In this document: positions 24,301 to 37,720 of the stretch, piece after piece
Numbering within the stretch: position 1 is the first letter of the stretch
How the letters are laid out: every line of letters begins with the position of its first letter
Assembly: GCF_963921235.1 (NCBI RefSeq)
Contig: NC_086097.1
Location: forward strand, 68,760,001 to 68,824,000
From: Mobula hypostoma
Taxonomy: Eukaryota
Length of the DNA stretch: 64,000 nucleotides
Reading direction: 5' to 3'
Notes under the pieces: model-generated
What the model saw: the letters and a program-made list of their open reading frames with translations, nothing else
Told to the model about the DNA's origin: nothing
The model's database searches: none
Made by a program: the position numbers and the translations under genes

Positions 24301-27300
24301 GATCATCTTTGAACCTTTTAAAGAACAATGATGTATTTAAATGTACAAACTGACCAAAAATGTAAAAGTCATTCTTGATGTGTACCATGCTTTTGAAACA
24401 TATTTGTCTTCACATTCTGCCAAAATTAACTCATTTTAATCACAGATTAATATATTACTATCCCAATATCTCTTTATTAGCCCTACCAAGTTCTTTTGAT
24501 TCTATATTTATTATTTTATATTTATCCATGTTATGTTGCCCCTACAATATCTAGTATACCTAATTCTTTCTGAATTTGATTTCATGGCCATCATTACTTA
24601 TTTGACTATAACTTCATCAGCACATTTGGAAATTATGATTATGATATTCTCCTGCAGATCGTTAATTTAAGTTAAAAGTAGCATTATCATCATAAGTGCC
24701 TGGTTTCTATCTTATTACCAAGACATTCTCAGTACCTGTCATATTGGGATTAAGATAAAATTGTATACTGTACATAGCATGAAGTTGCATCTTATTTTGT
24801 CTACGTCAATCATAAAATGTGATCCATATGTAAAATGTTATGATAAAATATAAAATAGCATCATAAATGAATCCATCTTAGAAATATTTTTAAACAAGTC
24901 TTGGTATTGTTTTAAAATGGAATCAGATACTAGGAATAGTTTTGAATTACAGTATGTGAAAGTGAAAGTAATGGAAAGCCTTGCCTGATCATATTTACTG
25001 GAAATGTTTTGAATATCTAAGCTTTTATGTGAACAACTGCACAATGACAGATAGCAAATCAATGCAAAATAACAACGAACTAAAATTATTTATTCCTTGG
25101 CTATGTAGCATGCACAAAATATCCTAACTACCGTCATCTAGGATAGTACACAGTTGGGAATGACATAGGAAGTTTTGATTTCATTTTGTATCTTTTTATA
25201 GGGAATATTAATTAGTTCATACTTGAATGCACAAAATACAATATCCATTCTTTAAATGTGGCAAAATAATCTTCATGGAATGGCAATGTAGCGAGTAAAT
25301 GAATGCTAAATGAAAATATGTGGATTTGATGATTTTTCTTTTCAATGGAAATCTGAGTGGTACAAATAAAACTTTTAAATACTGAAATGCATTTAAATAA
25401 ACCATATCAACCATACAAACTAATTATATATTATATATACTGCATGTTCTATGTTTAACTACATTACTTAAGTAATTAATGTTATACAAAATTTAAAGAA
25501 ATTTAAATCTGCTTTAAGTTTTAAGAAATAAATTGATTTAAATACTTCCAGATTTTCACTGCATAAATTCTTATTCATAACATCAAGGAATGAGCTATAT
25601 CAGAGAAATCATCCTAAATGAAAAAAAAACATAACTTCTGCAAATATTTTACTCATAAAAGCTTATTGTTAAGGGAACACATCAGAAATGATGAGAATGC
25701 TAGTCCAATGGAGGATATTTTATTTATTATTATGTTACCATAATTATCCCATCATAACTTACTACTTTTACACCAAGATCAGTAAAATCAATGTTATTTT
25801 AAAACATCTCTGCCTTAGGAATTGTTAATAAGAAGATGGACTGTGTGCCTGATATATCATGCATCAGTATTTCCAATCTCTTTTCAATAGTGCTGTTAAT
25901 CAATTTTTGACTTTACTAGGATTGTTTCCTGCATTAGTGAAACAGGAAAAAGTAGTCCTGAATGTAATATTACTTAGAAAATATTTATGCACAACTGCAG
26001 AAGATTCACTGATGGATGTCAGACATCTTCCATAAATACTATCATGACATCAAAATTGCTTCTACTAACTTAATAGAAAATAATTGTTTTTGTTAGTGGC
26101 ACATTTCACATGGTACTGTATAAGCTATAAAATAAGTAGCCCTGTATTCAAAATTCTGAAAGGGTAATCAAATGTATTAGTGAGAAGGGAGCAAATGCAC
26201 TATTAGTGAGAAAAATAAATTTTCATAGTTAAGCAAAAATGGTTGGAGACAGTTTTATGGAGAGGTTTTAAAATCTTACTGAAGCAAGTCCACTTCCACA
26301 TCTGTACTCTGTTATGCTAATGTGACAGTCTCTCATTAATAAAAGCACTGAAATGTACCTTACTTGAATTGTGGTAATACATACTGTTCACTTTGGGCAT
26401 TAAAAGGAAAATTTATCTTAAGCAGAACCTAAAACCAGACCAAGAGTTTTCATAATCGGTTTAATTAAGTAGCAACTGTGCACTAGATTTTAAAAAATTA
26501 CATAAAGCGAGCAGCAGAGAGGAAATTTTTAAATGCATGGCTTTGCCCATTGTTGATCAGGTGATTTTCTGAATATTTATTGGAAAAATTATGTCGCCTC
26601 ACCAGAAGGAGCTTCTTTATTTACATATCCAGACCTTGTTTAAATACAAAGTGGGTGTAAGTAATTTGGGACAGTTTCTCCTTCCCATTATAGACTATTT
26701 GGTTTCACTATTTTGTTAAGCACTCCTATGACACACTATTTTGCCTGCATCAAATCAAAAAGATAATAGATTTTAATCCACTGTCTTGAAGATTTTATCA
26801 GTAATAGTAACTTATATAATGAGCACTTTTTATACAGATGATGTAGTTCAAAGTGCTTTACAGTGGGATTAAGTGCAAACATGAAAATAAAAGACAAAAA
26901 GATATTAGTTAAAATCAATTGTAAAAGGTACAGGAAGCCAAATAATAAATTAACGCTATGAATCAAGTTTTTCCTAATTTATACTATGCCATTAATTTTT
27001 ATTTTTGTGTTAGACTATGAAAATACAGAGTTGCAATATGGGCAGCTATAATCACTTACAGATTGTTTGCTTCACTCTTACGTTACTGGTTTCCATGATA
27101 GGACTAGTCAAGTTTAAAATAATAATTTCGTTTGCAATAGTGTGGTTAAAAGAAAGTTATTATAAAGGCACTTTGCAAAAATTATGTTCATAATCACCAA
27201 CCATATTCATGAAATTGCACTAATAATGGTAAATTAATAGACTTAATTTGTATTTGTTAATGAACTAGATTCAATGCATTGTTTTGATTCCCTTGGCTAT

Positions 27301-28089
27301 ACTTTTTCAGTAACAAACATGGTTCTGCAAATATATTAGCAATAGATCTTTTAGATTATTTCATCTTATTTCGCGCATTTTTTGTTGGGAGAATCTTCTC
27401 ATCATGTTGAGATCATTTGTCTTGGTCTCTCTGATAACGAAAAATGGTAGCCTGAGCCACTGTAAATGGCTCATATACAATGCCAATGCCACAAGACAGA
27501 GAACTGCAAGAGAAGGGTGGGGCAGCAAGACCTGTACATGAGCAGAATTTCTGGCATTGCACCAGCAATTACAATTGTACAAAAACCAAAGCTGATATTC
27601 TAATATACTTCATTCCAGTCCTGGAATGCTTACACGGTGATCCTGAGCTCTCCTCAGTTCCGATCACTTCAGCCCCATATGCCCATCAATCACAGCTATG
27701 CTGAACTGTCTTTGTCCTCCAGGTCCACAATTTGCTGTTTCTTCTACTAAGATCACTGAATGATCACTTTCAGCACAGTAACGACAGTTTCTCTATTAAG
27801 TGATCTGGTTGCCTGCTCTCTTCTACTCACCAACCTGTGTCAGCTCATAATGCAGTGACCTGATGTGATATTAACCAAATCTCTGCTTGCAGCCCCAATG
27901 CTCCCTCTTTCAAGGTAAACTGGTGAGTCATCATTTCATTTAATTAAAAAGCTGACTCACTCCACAATGGAACACCATTTGAGTTCATCTTCTGTCTGCA
28001 CACTCCTATAAAATAAACCTACGTATGCATTGTCTGCTTAAGAGGGGCCTTTACTGAATTTAAATTCAGAAAAAGTGCTGAATTAATTT

Positions 28090-28385
28090 AGAGATAGAAA
28101 AGACTGCAGATGCTAGAATCTGGAGAAAAACATAAATTGCTGGATTAATTCACTGTGTTAGGCACCATCTACAGATGTTTTGGGCCCAGACCATGTATCA
28201 GAACTGAGAACTTAAAGGGAGATAGCCATTATAGATGTGAAGGGGAAGGTTGAGGCGAGAGCTGGCAGGCACAGGTAGAACTAGGTGAGGAAGTAGTGAT
28301 GGGCAGATAAAATCAGGTGAGTAAATGGAAGAGTATAGGCAGAGAGAGAGGTAGAGAGATAAAGGGTTGAAGATTCTGAAATCTG
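28090..28385 (-). mobile_element. Degraded Penelope-like terminal fragment
   Basis: gactgcagatgctagaatctggag...ggcaccatctacagatgttttgggcccagacc plus purine tract. Confidence 0.65.
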
Positions 28386-28419
28386 TTAAGTAACGAAGGT
28401 GATGAGGAACCAGATAAGA

Positions 28420-28720
28420 GAAAGATTAAGATTAAGATAAGCTTTATTTGTCAAATATACATTGAAACATTGAATCATGTCATGAAATATATTGTTTACG
28501 TCAAAGACCAACACATTCTGGGGAGGTGTCGCCGTGTTTCTGATCCCATGAAAGCACGGCCACAAATTATTAACCCTAACCTGTATATCTTTGGATTTTG
28601 GGAGGAAATTGGAGCACCTGCATTGGGAGAACATATAAACTCCTTACAGACAGCAGCAGGAAGTGAACCTGGGTTGCTAGTGTTGTAATAGCAGAATTCT
28701 TTACCACAACAAAGCACCCC
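28420..28720 (-). mobile_element. V-SINE-like element with Rex1-type tail
   Basis: (AAGATT)n tail + ctttatttgtc; tctttggattttgggaggaaattggagcacc...gggagaacatataaactccttacagacagc V-domain. Confidence 0.6.
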
Positions 28721-28976
28721 TGTAACTTGGTGAAACTTTCTTTGAAGTGCAATACAAACACAGCACTTATATTTAAATAAAGGGCCTCAAATTTGGAACC
28801 TCCATTCAAGTTTCTAATCTTCTTTTATTGAGATTCATGGAATATTTACCCAATGTGGTTTCCAGTGCCTCTCTACATTATTAATTGTCACTTCATCCAT
28901 GCTTTAGTCCTTTAAGAAGCATGAGTAAATGTAACTCAGGACTCCACCAAAGCTCCAGTGCTGATATGATTCACAG

Positions 28977-29660
28977 ATAGAATTATAGAGACATAGAATG
29001 CTACAGCCCAGAAACAGGCCCTTCAGCCCATCTAATCTGTGCCAAACCATTAATCTGCCTAATCCCATCGACCTGCTCCTGGAACATAGCGCTCCATACC
29101 CCTCTCATCCATGTACCTATCCAAATTTCTTTTAAATGTAGAAATCGACCCTGCATCCACCACTTGCACTGGCAGCTCACTCCACACTCTCATCACCCTC
29201 TGAGTGAAGACATTCCCCCTCATGTTCTTCTTAAATATTTCAACTTTCACCTTAATTTATGACCTCCAGTTGTACTCTCTTCCAACCTCTGTGGGAAAAG
29301 TCTGCTTGCATTTACCTTATCTGTACCCCTCATAATTTTGTGTACCTCTATCAAATCTCCCCTCAGTCGTCTACGTTCCAGGGAATAAATTCCTAACCTA
29401 TTCAACCTTTCCCTGAAACTCAGGTCCTCAAGTCCTGGCAACATCTACATAAATTTTCTCTGTCCTCATTCAATCTTATTTACATCTTTCCTGTAGGTAG
29501 GTGAACAAAACTGCACACAATATTCCAAATTAGGCCTCACCAACATCTTATACAATTTCCACATAATGTTCCAATTCCTGTACTAAATGCATTGACTTAT
29601 GAAGACCAATATGCTAAAAGCTTTCTTTAAGACCCTACCTACTTGTGACACTACTTGTGC
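28977..29660 (-). mobile_element. CR1 LINE 3' end
   Basis: MLPGLEDLSFRERLNRLG.YSLERRRLRGDLIEV..FTQRV; 3' microsatellite-like tail. Confidence 0.9.
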
Positions 29661-30084
29661 TACAAGGGAGTATGTATTAAATTAGACTTTAGTGACAAGA
29701 GTTCTGAGGTTGATTTTCAACTCAAGAATTCATGTATTAAAAGCCACATTCAAAAATCAAAACTGATGAGCAATACCTCTTTCAATTTATTTGTGATTCT
29801 ATGATGTTCAAGTCCTTGGCCAAGTCCACAATCTCATACTGGAAAGCATGCAACACTATATTCCTTCTTAAGCAACAAGATAGGGCAAGTGACTGAATTA
29901 TCAATCAGGGGGCACTTAAGGTCCAGTAAGTATTAATCTATTAGCTTTAAAATAGTGATGGTGGAAAATAGGACAGGTATACAGGATAATGTCCTAAGCT
30001 TGTAAAGGGTCAATTTGGGAGGTATTTGGTGGGATCTTGCAGAGGTTGACTGGATGGGACTGTTTTCTACCCTACTTTAGTCAA

Positions 30085-33000
30085 GGAAGTACAGCAGCAC
30101 CTCCACTTTCTGAGCAGATTGAGATGAGAAAGATTGTCCCCAATCTGACCACATTCTACTGGGTCAACATCAAGAGTGTCCTGACCATCAGAATCACCAT
30201 CCAGTATAGAAATTGTGAGGCATCTGACCAAAAGATTGCAACAGATTGTGAGGATTGCTAAGAGAATCATTCGGGGTCTCTATCTCCCCCACCCAGAACA
30301 TATAGAAACCATAGAAACTACAGCACAGAAACAGGCCTTTTGGCCCTTCTTGGCTATGTCGAACCATTTTCTGCCTAGTCCCACTGACCTGCACACGGAC
30401 CATATCCCTCCATACACCTCCCATCCATGTATCTGTCCAATTTATTCTTAAATGTTAAAAAAGAACCCGCATTTACCACCTCGTCTGGCAGCTCATTCCA
30501 TATTCCCACCACTCTCTGTGTGAAGAAGCCCCCCCTAATGTTCCCTTTAAACTTTTCCCCCCTCACCCTAAACCCAAGTCCTCTGGTTTTTTTCTCCCCT
30601 TGCCTCAGTGGAAAAAGCCTGCTTGCATTCATTCTATCTATACCCATCATAATTTTATATACCTCTATCAAATCTCCCCTCATTCTTCTACGCTCCAGGG
30701 AATAAAGTCCTAACCTATTCAACCTTTCTCTGTAACTGAGTTTCTCAAGTCCCAGCAACATCCTTGTAAACCTTCTCCGCACTCTTTCAACCTTACTTAT
30801 ATCCTTCCTGTAATTTGGTGACCAAAACTGAACATAATACTCCAGATTCGGCCTCATCAATGCCTTATACAACCTCATCATAACATTCCAGCTCTTATAC
30901 TCAATACTTTGATTAATAAAGGCCAATGTACCAAAAGCTCTCTTTACGACCCTATCTACCTGTGACGCCACTTTTAGGGAATTTTGTATCTGTATTCCCA
31001 GATCACTCTGTTCCACTGCACTCCTCAGCCTTACCATTAACCCTGTATGTTCTACGTTGGTTTGTCCTTCCAACGTGCAATACCTCACACTTGTCAGTAT
31101 TAAACACCATCTGCCATTTTTTAGCCCATTTTTCCAGCTGGTCCAAGTCCCTCTGCAGGCTCTGAAAACCTTCCTCACTGTCTACTACACCTCCAATCTT
31201 TGTATCATCAGCAAACTTGCTGATCCAATTTACCACATTATCATCCAGATCATTGATATAGATGACAAATAACAATGGACCCAGCACTGATCCCTGTGGC
31301 ACACCACTAGTCACAGGCCTCCACTCAGAGAAGCAATTCTCTACCACCACTCTCTGGCTTCTTCCATCAAGCCAATGTCTAATCCAATTTACCACCTCTC
31401 CGTGTATACCTAGCGACTGAATTTTCCTAACTAACCTCCCATGCGGGACCTTGTCAAAGGCCTTACTGAAGTCCATGTAGACAATATCCACTGCCTTCCC
31501 TTCATCCACTTTCCTGGTAACCTCCTCGAAAAACTCCAGTAGATTAGTCAAACATGACCTACCATGCACAAAGCCACGTTGACTCTCCCTAATAAGTCCC
31601 AGTCTATCCAAATGCTTGTAGATTCTGTCTATTAGTACTCCCTCCAATAACTTACCTACTACCGACGTTAAACTTACTGGCCTATAATTTCCCGGATTAC
31701 TTTTCGATCCTTTTTTAAACAACTGAACAACATGAGCCACTCTCCAATCCTCCGGCACCTCACCTGTAGACAGCGACATTTTAAATATTTCAGCCAGGGC
31801 CCCTGCAATTTCAACACTAGTCTCCTTCAAGGTCCGAGGGAACACCCTGTCAGGTCCCGGGGATTTATCCACTTTAATTTTCCTCAAGACAGCAAGGACC
31901 TCCTCCTTTTCGATCTGTACAGTTTCCATGATCTCACTACTTGTTTCCCTTAATTCCATAGACTTCATGCCAGTTTCCTTAGTAAACACAGATGCAAAAA
32001 ACCTATTTAAGATCTCCCCCATTTCCTTTGGTTCCGCACATAGCCGACCACTCTGATCTTCAAGAGGACAAATTTTATCCCTTACAATCCTTTCGCTCTT
32101 AATATACCTGTAAAAACTCTTTGGATTATCCTTCACTTTGACTGCCAAGGCAACCTCATGTCTTCTTTTAGCCCTCCTGATTTCTTTCTTAAGTATTTTC
32201 TTGCACTTCTTATACTCCTCAAGCACCTTATTTACTCCCTGCTTCCTATACATGTCATACAACTCCCTCTTCTTCTTTATCAGAGTTGCAATATCCCTTG
32301 AGAACCAAGGTTCCTTATTCCTATTCACCTTGCCTTTAATCCTGACAGGAACATACAAATTCTGCACTCTCAAAATTTCTGCTTTGAAGGCTTCCCACCT
32401 ACCAATCACATCCATGCCAGAGAACAACCTGTCCCAATCCACGCTTTTTAGATCCTTTCTCATTTCTTTAAATTTGGCCTTCTTTCAGTTAAGAACCTCA
32501 ACCTTAGGACCAGATCTATCCTTGTCCATGATCAAGTTGAAACTAATGGTGTTATGATCACTGGAACCAAAGTCCTCCCCTACACAGACTTCCGTCACTT
32601 GTCCTAACTCGTTTCCTAACAGGAGATCCAATATTGCATCCCCTCTAGTTGTTCCCTCTATATACTGATTTAGAAAACTTTCCTGAACACATTTTACAAA
32701 CTCTAAACCATCTAGACCCCTAACAGTATGGAAGACCCAATCAGTATATGGAAAATTAAAATCCTCTACCACCACAACTTTATGTTTCCTGCAGTTACCT
32801 GCTATCTCTCTGCAGATTTGCACTTCCAATTCTCTTTGACTATTGGGTGGTCTGTAATACAATCCCACTAATGTGGCCATACCTTTCCTGTTTCTCAGCT
32901 CCACCCACAAGGACTCAGTAGACAAGCCCTCTAATCTGTCCTGCCTGAGCACTGCTGTAATATTTTCCCTAACAAGCAATGCTACTCCCCCACCTTTCAT

Positions 33001-33685
33001 TCCTCTGCCTCGATCACATCTGAAACATCGGAACCCTGGAATATTAAGCTGCCAGTCCTGCCCCTCCTGTAGCCAAGTTTCACTAATTGCTACAACGTCA
33101 TAATTCCACGAGTCAATCCACGCCCTCAACTCATCCGCCTTACCCGCAATACTCCTAGCATTGAAATATATACACCTCAGAAGATTTTTACCACCACTCA
33201 CAACCTTTCTATTAGTCGATTTGCTTGAACTTTTAACATCATTTATTTTCACCCCAGCCACACTGTATATCAGAAACACTGTGTTTTCAGAGCCCTCAGA
33301 ATTAACAAGGACCCCTCCCATCCATCCATCCAACAATCTGTCTGATCTCCTACCATCAGGCAGATGGTACCACTATATAAGAACAAGGACTGGTCAGCTG
33401 GGTAACAGCTTCTTCTCCTGGGCTGTGAAACTTCTGCTACCACCAAGTACACATTACTTATGACAGCACCAGTAGCATTGTATTGTTGTATATTTAACTA
33501 TACGTCATATATGATCTTTATCTAGTACGTCTACAGAATATATATTTTTACTATCTGTTCATATTACAGTGTCAATATTATTTTATATGCTGTATGTGAT
33601 ACACATACTGGGTTTTGCATCTTGGTCCCAGGGGAACATTGTTTCATTTAGCTGTGCATATGTGTATGGGTGAACTTGAACTTAA
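30085..33685 (+). mobile_element. Rex1/Babar LINE 3' part (30085-30300 and 33266-33685), split by the young CR1
   Basis: QQHLHFLSRL..NIKSVLT..KRLQQIVRIAKRII on the left continues as YQKHC..KDPSHPSNNL.DLLPSGR on the right; tail gaacttgaactt. Confidence 0.8.
30301..33265 (-). mobile_element. Young CR1 LINE with near-complete ORF2 (APE endonuclease + RT), 5'-truncated
   Basis: YFNARSI..ISETWL..YYRPP..SDH endonuclease; NYRPVSLTS, DFSKAFDKVPH, GVPQGSVLGP, FADD RT. One in-frame TGA (32485-32487) and one frameshift (~31028); tail (GTTTCTATG)n. Confidence 0.95.
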
Positions 33686-33951
33686 GTGGAAAGCTTCTAA
33701 GAGTGTGATATCAAGAACCCAGGACTAATATGCTCCAGCTAGGGTAAAAGGCAAGGCTACTAAGTTCAGGGAACCCTTTCAACCAAGAGATATTGAGGAG
33801 GCACTGTTCAGGTAAAAAAAGAGGCAAACATAGGGTTTATGTGGTTGGGAACAAATGAATCTCTCAATGACATCTAAGAGGGAAATCAAGTGGGCAAAAA
33901 GAGGGATGGCTCAGGCAGGCTGGACTAAGGAAATTCCCAAGAGATTCTATA

Positions 33952-34719
33952 GGGAAGGGTAAGATGAAGGAACACCTACCAATCCTCATAGAGGGATCAG
34001 AAGTGGAGAGAGTGAGCAGTTTGAAGTTCCTGGGTGTCAAGATCTCTGAGGACCTAACCTGGTCCCAACATACTGTATCGATGTAGTTATAAAGAAGGCA
34101 AGACAGCGGCTGTACTTCATTAGGAGTTTGAAGAGATTCGGCATGTCAACAAATACACTCAAAAACTTGCATAGTTGCACCGTGGAGAGCATTCTGTCTG
34201 GCTGCATTACTGTCTGGTATGGAGGGGCTACTGCACAGGACCGAAAGAAGCTGCAGAGGGTTGTAAATCTAGTCAGCTCCATCTTGGGAACTAGCCTACA
34301 AAGTACCCAGGACATCTTCAAGGAGCGCAGTCTCAGAAAGTCAGCGTCTGTTATTAACCACCCCCAGCACCCAGGGCTTGCCCTTTTCTCACTGTTACCA
34401 TCAGGTAGGAGATACAGAAGCCTGAAGGCACACACTCAGCGATTCAGGAACAGCTTCTTCCCCTCTGCCATCCGATTCCTAAATGGACATTGAACCCTTG
34501 GACACTACCTCATTTATGTTAATATATAGTATTTCTGTTTTTTGCACGATTAAAAAAAAATCTATTCAATATACGTATACTGTAATTGATTTACTTGTTT
34601 ATTTATTAGTATTATTATTTTTTTCTCTTCTACATTATATATTGCATTGAACTGCTGCTGCTAAGTTAACAAATTTCTCATCACATGCCGGTGATAATAG
34701 ACCTGATTCTGATTCTGAT
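33952..34719 (+). mobile_element. Rex1/Babar LINE 3' end, well preserved
   Basis: VERVSS.KFLGV.ISEDL.W, KKARQRLYF, ORF 34128-34493 (ESILSGCITVWYG..LFSLLPSGRRYRSL..RFRNSFFPSAIR); (ATTCTG)n tail. Confidence 0.9.
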
Positions 34720-35807
34720 ATGTATATGAAGGCTAGAGGGTTCACTAGAGAGAATGGGTCCCCTAATGTATCAGCATGGTTATGTGTGGAGCCAAAGGAG
34801 ATGGGCAAATTTTTAATGAATACTTCTCTTCGGATTTTTAAATTGTGGAGAAAAAAGCTGGAAGCCAAGGAAATGGGGAAAGTGAGTAGAGATGTATTGA
34901 ATCACATACAAATTATCAGGGAGGAGGAATTGGCGGCTTGAAAAGAGTTAAATTGGATAAATCACCAAAGCATGACCAGCTGCATCGATGAACCTTGTGG
35001 GAAGCTAGGTAAGAAATTGCACAAAACATTGCAGGGATATTTACTTCATCTTTATTCACAGGAAATGTTCCTAAAGACTGGAGGGTGGTTAATGTTGGAC
35101 CATTATTTAAGAAGGGCAGCAAAAACAGGTCAGGGAACTACAGGTCTGTGAGTCTAACATCAAAGCTGGGTAAGTTACCAGAGAGGATCCTGAGGGGCAG
35201 AATCTATCAACATTTGGATCAGCAAGGTCTAATTCAGGATAGTCAGCATATCTCTGTGTATAGGAAATAGTGAAGACAAATCTATTTATAACATTTTGAA
35301 GAGCCAATCAAGAGGATAGATGAAGGTAGAACAGTGGACACATCGTCTGTATAGAAATTAGCAAGGCCACTAACAAGGTCCCATATGCCAGGCTAATCTG
35401 GAAGGTTAGATCGCATGGGATCCAGGGCGAGATAGTTAACTGGATTCATAATGGGCTCAGTGATAAGAAGCAGCGAGTGATAGGTGAAGGATTTTTTTTC
35501 AGACTGGAGTCCTATGGCGATTTGTATGCCACAGGGATCAGTGCTGGAACCTTCAATATTTATATAAATGATTTGGATGTGAATGTAATTTTGTGAATAA
35601 TACTAAAAATGATGGTATTGTAGACTCTGAAGAAGGTTATCAAAAATTACAGGGTGACTATGATCAGCTTGGTAAGTGGGGCAAGGATTGGCAAATGACC
35701 TTCAGTTCAGATAGCTGCGAAGTGTTGAATATTGGAAAGTCAAACCAAGGTAGAACTTATAGGATGGTCAGGCCTTGGAAAGAGTTGTGGAACAGAGGGA
35801 CCTAAAA

Positions 35808-36624
35808 GATGACACAACTATTTTTGGCAGAATTGATGAGGAGATGTACAGGAGCAAGATAGATCAGCTGGTTGAGTGATAACACAACAACAACCTTGCA
35901 CTCAATGACACTAAGGCCAAGGAACTGATTATGGACTTCAGGAAGGGGAAGTCAAGGGAACACGCACCCGTCCTCATTAGGGATCAGCAACGAAAAGGGT
36001 GAGCAGTTTCAAGTTCCTGGGTGTCAACATCTCTAAGTAGTAGGCCCAAGATATTGATTACAAAAAAGACACAACAGTAACTACATTTCATTAGGAATTT
36101 GAGGAGTATGGGTTATCACTAAAGACATTCGCAAATTTTTACAGATGTACTATAGATAGCATTCTTACTCATTGCATTATCGTCTGGTATGGAGGGGCCA
36201 CTGCACAGGATCAGAAAAAGTTGCAGAAAATTGTAAACTTAGCCAGTTCCTTTAGGGGCACAAGCCTCTCCAGCATCAAAAACACCTTCAAAAAAGTGAT
36301 TTCTCAAAAAGGTGGTATCCATCATTAAGGATCCCCATCACTCAGAAGTGCCTCCCCTTTTCTCATTGCTACCATCAAGGAGAAGGTGCAGGAGGCTGAA
36401 GACACACGCTTAACATTTCAGAAACAGCTTCTTCCCCTCCACCATTAGATTTCTGAATGGACAATGAATCCATGAATAATATCCCATTTTTGGTACTACT
36501 TATTTATTTTTTTAATATACTTCTTACTGTAATTTTTATTATTATGTAATGCAACGTACTGCCGCCACAAAAGAACAAATTTCACGACATATGCCTGTGA
36601 TACTAAATCTGATTCTGATTCTGA
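35808..36624 (+). mobile_element. Rex1/Babar LINE 3' end, second copy of the same family
   Basis: Begins at DDTT of the RT; colinear with the 33952-34719 copy; (ATTCTG)n tail. Confidence 0.88.
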
Positions 36625-37329
36625 GTACAAGTACATAGTTCTCTGAAAGCTGAGTCAAAGTAGACAGAGTGGTGAAAAAGGTATTTGGCATATTGGCCTT
36701 CGTCAATCAGGACAATGAGTAATGGAGGTGGGATGTTAAGTTGCAGCTGGACAAAATTTTGGTGAGACCACACTTGAAATATTGGTCATATAACTGCACT
36801 TGGTTTCCAGCTTAGTAGTGTTTTTCCTGTCACAAGGTGACAGCTTGGTTTTGGTAAAATTTGCTGCCAGGACCCAAGGGCCTGAGTTACAAGGGGAGGC
36901 CGTGCAGGCTAAGACTTTATTCCTTGGATTGTAGGCGATTAAAGAACAACCTTATAGGCGTGTATAAAATCATGAAGAATATAGATAAACTGAATGCATA
37001 TAGCTTTTTTTTAAATCGAAGGGAAGGGGAACTAAAAATTAGAGGCCACAGGTTTAAGGTGAAAGGTAAAAGATTTGAAAAGGATATGAGAGCCAACTCC
37101 TTGTTCCACAAAAATAGCTGATTTTAAGTAGCATTCCTGCCACTATTTTCTATACCTTCTATGCATTCCATTAGTGGAGTAAACACAGCTTGCCCATCTT
37201 ACTGCAATAAGTAATGAAGCTCATTTCTCAATGATAGCTGAAGTCCATAAGATAGAGAATTTTTGACAGTTCAGCTAGAGACCTCCTGCGATTAATTTGA
37301 TCTGTATTTAACTGTTGTATAATTTTTAT

Positions 37330-37720
37330 TCCTTCTGGGGACACATGCATCACTACAAGGTAAGAACTCATTGGCTATCCCGAACTTGTGTTGAATTTTA
37401 TGACTAGCTACCTCATTTCTGAGGGAAGTAAATGGCCCAAAATGTTGCTGCAGCTCTGGAGTTATATTCCTGAGCTGCGGCAACATCACTAGGGCCAGAA
37501 GGGAAAAGGAAGGCACATTTCCTATAGGGCATTAGAAATCAGTTGGGTATTAATAATAATCTTGCAATCTCATTATCATTATTATTTAGACAGGGTTTAT
37601 GTTCCAAATTTATTTAATTAACTGTATATTAATTATCTGGCAGGGATAGTAGTATTCAAACTTGTATCTTTAGGTTTCTGTGTTATATGTTTAGTAAAAT
37701 AATCACCATGTGACCATACC
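37330..37720 (-). mobile_element. Old elasmobranch tRNA-SINE-like remnant
   Basis: aggcacatttcctatagggcattagaaatcagttgggt...attcaaact...aatcaccatg resembles a recalled common shark SINE; very diverged. Confidence 0.35.

Larger units (their letters stand above)
29940..37120 (+). mobile_element. Old CR1 LINE scaffold, fragmented by at least four nested insertions
   Basis: Colinear CR1 ORF2 pieces at 29940-30065, 33686-33950, 34720-35805 (PLFKKGSKN..GNYRSVSLTS) and 36625-37110 (MLPG.KGLSY..RRL). Confidence 0.75.
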
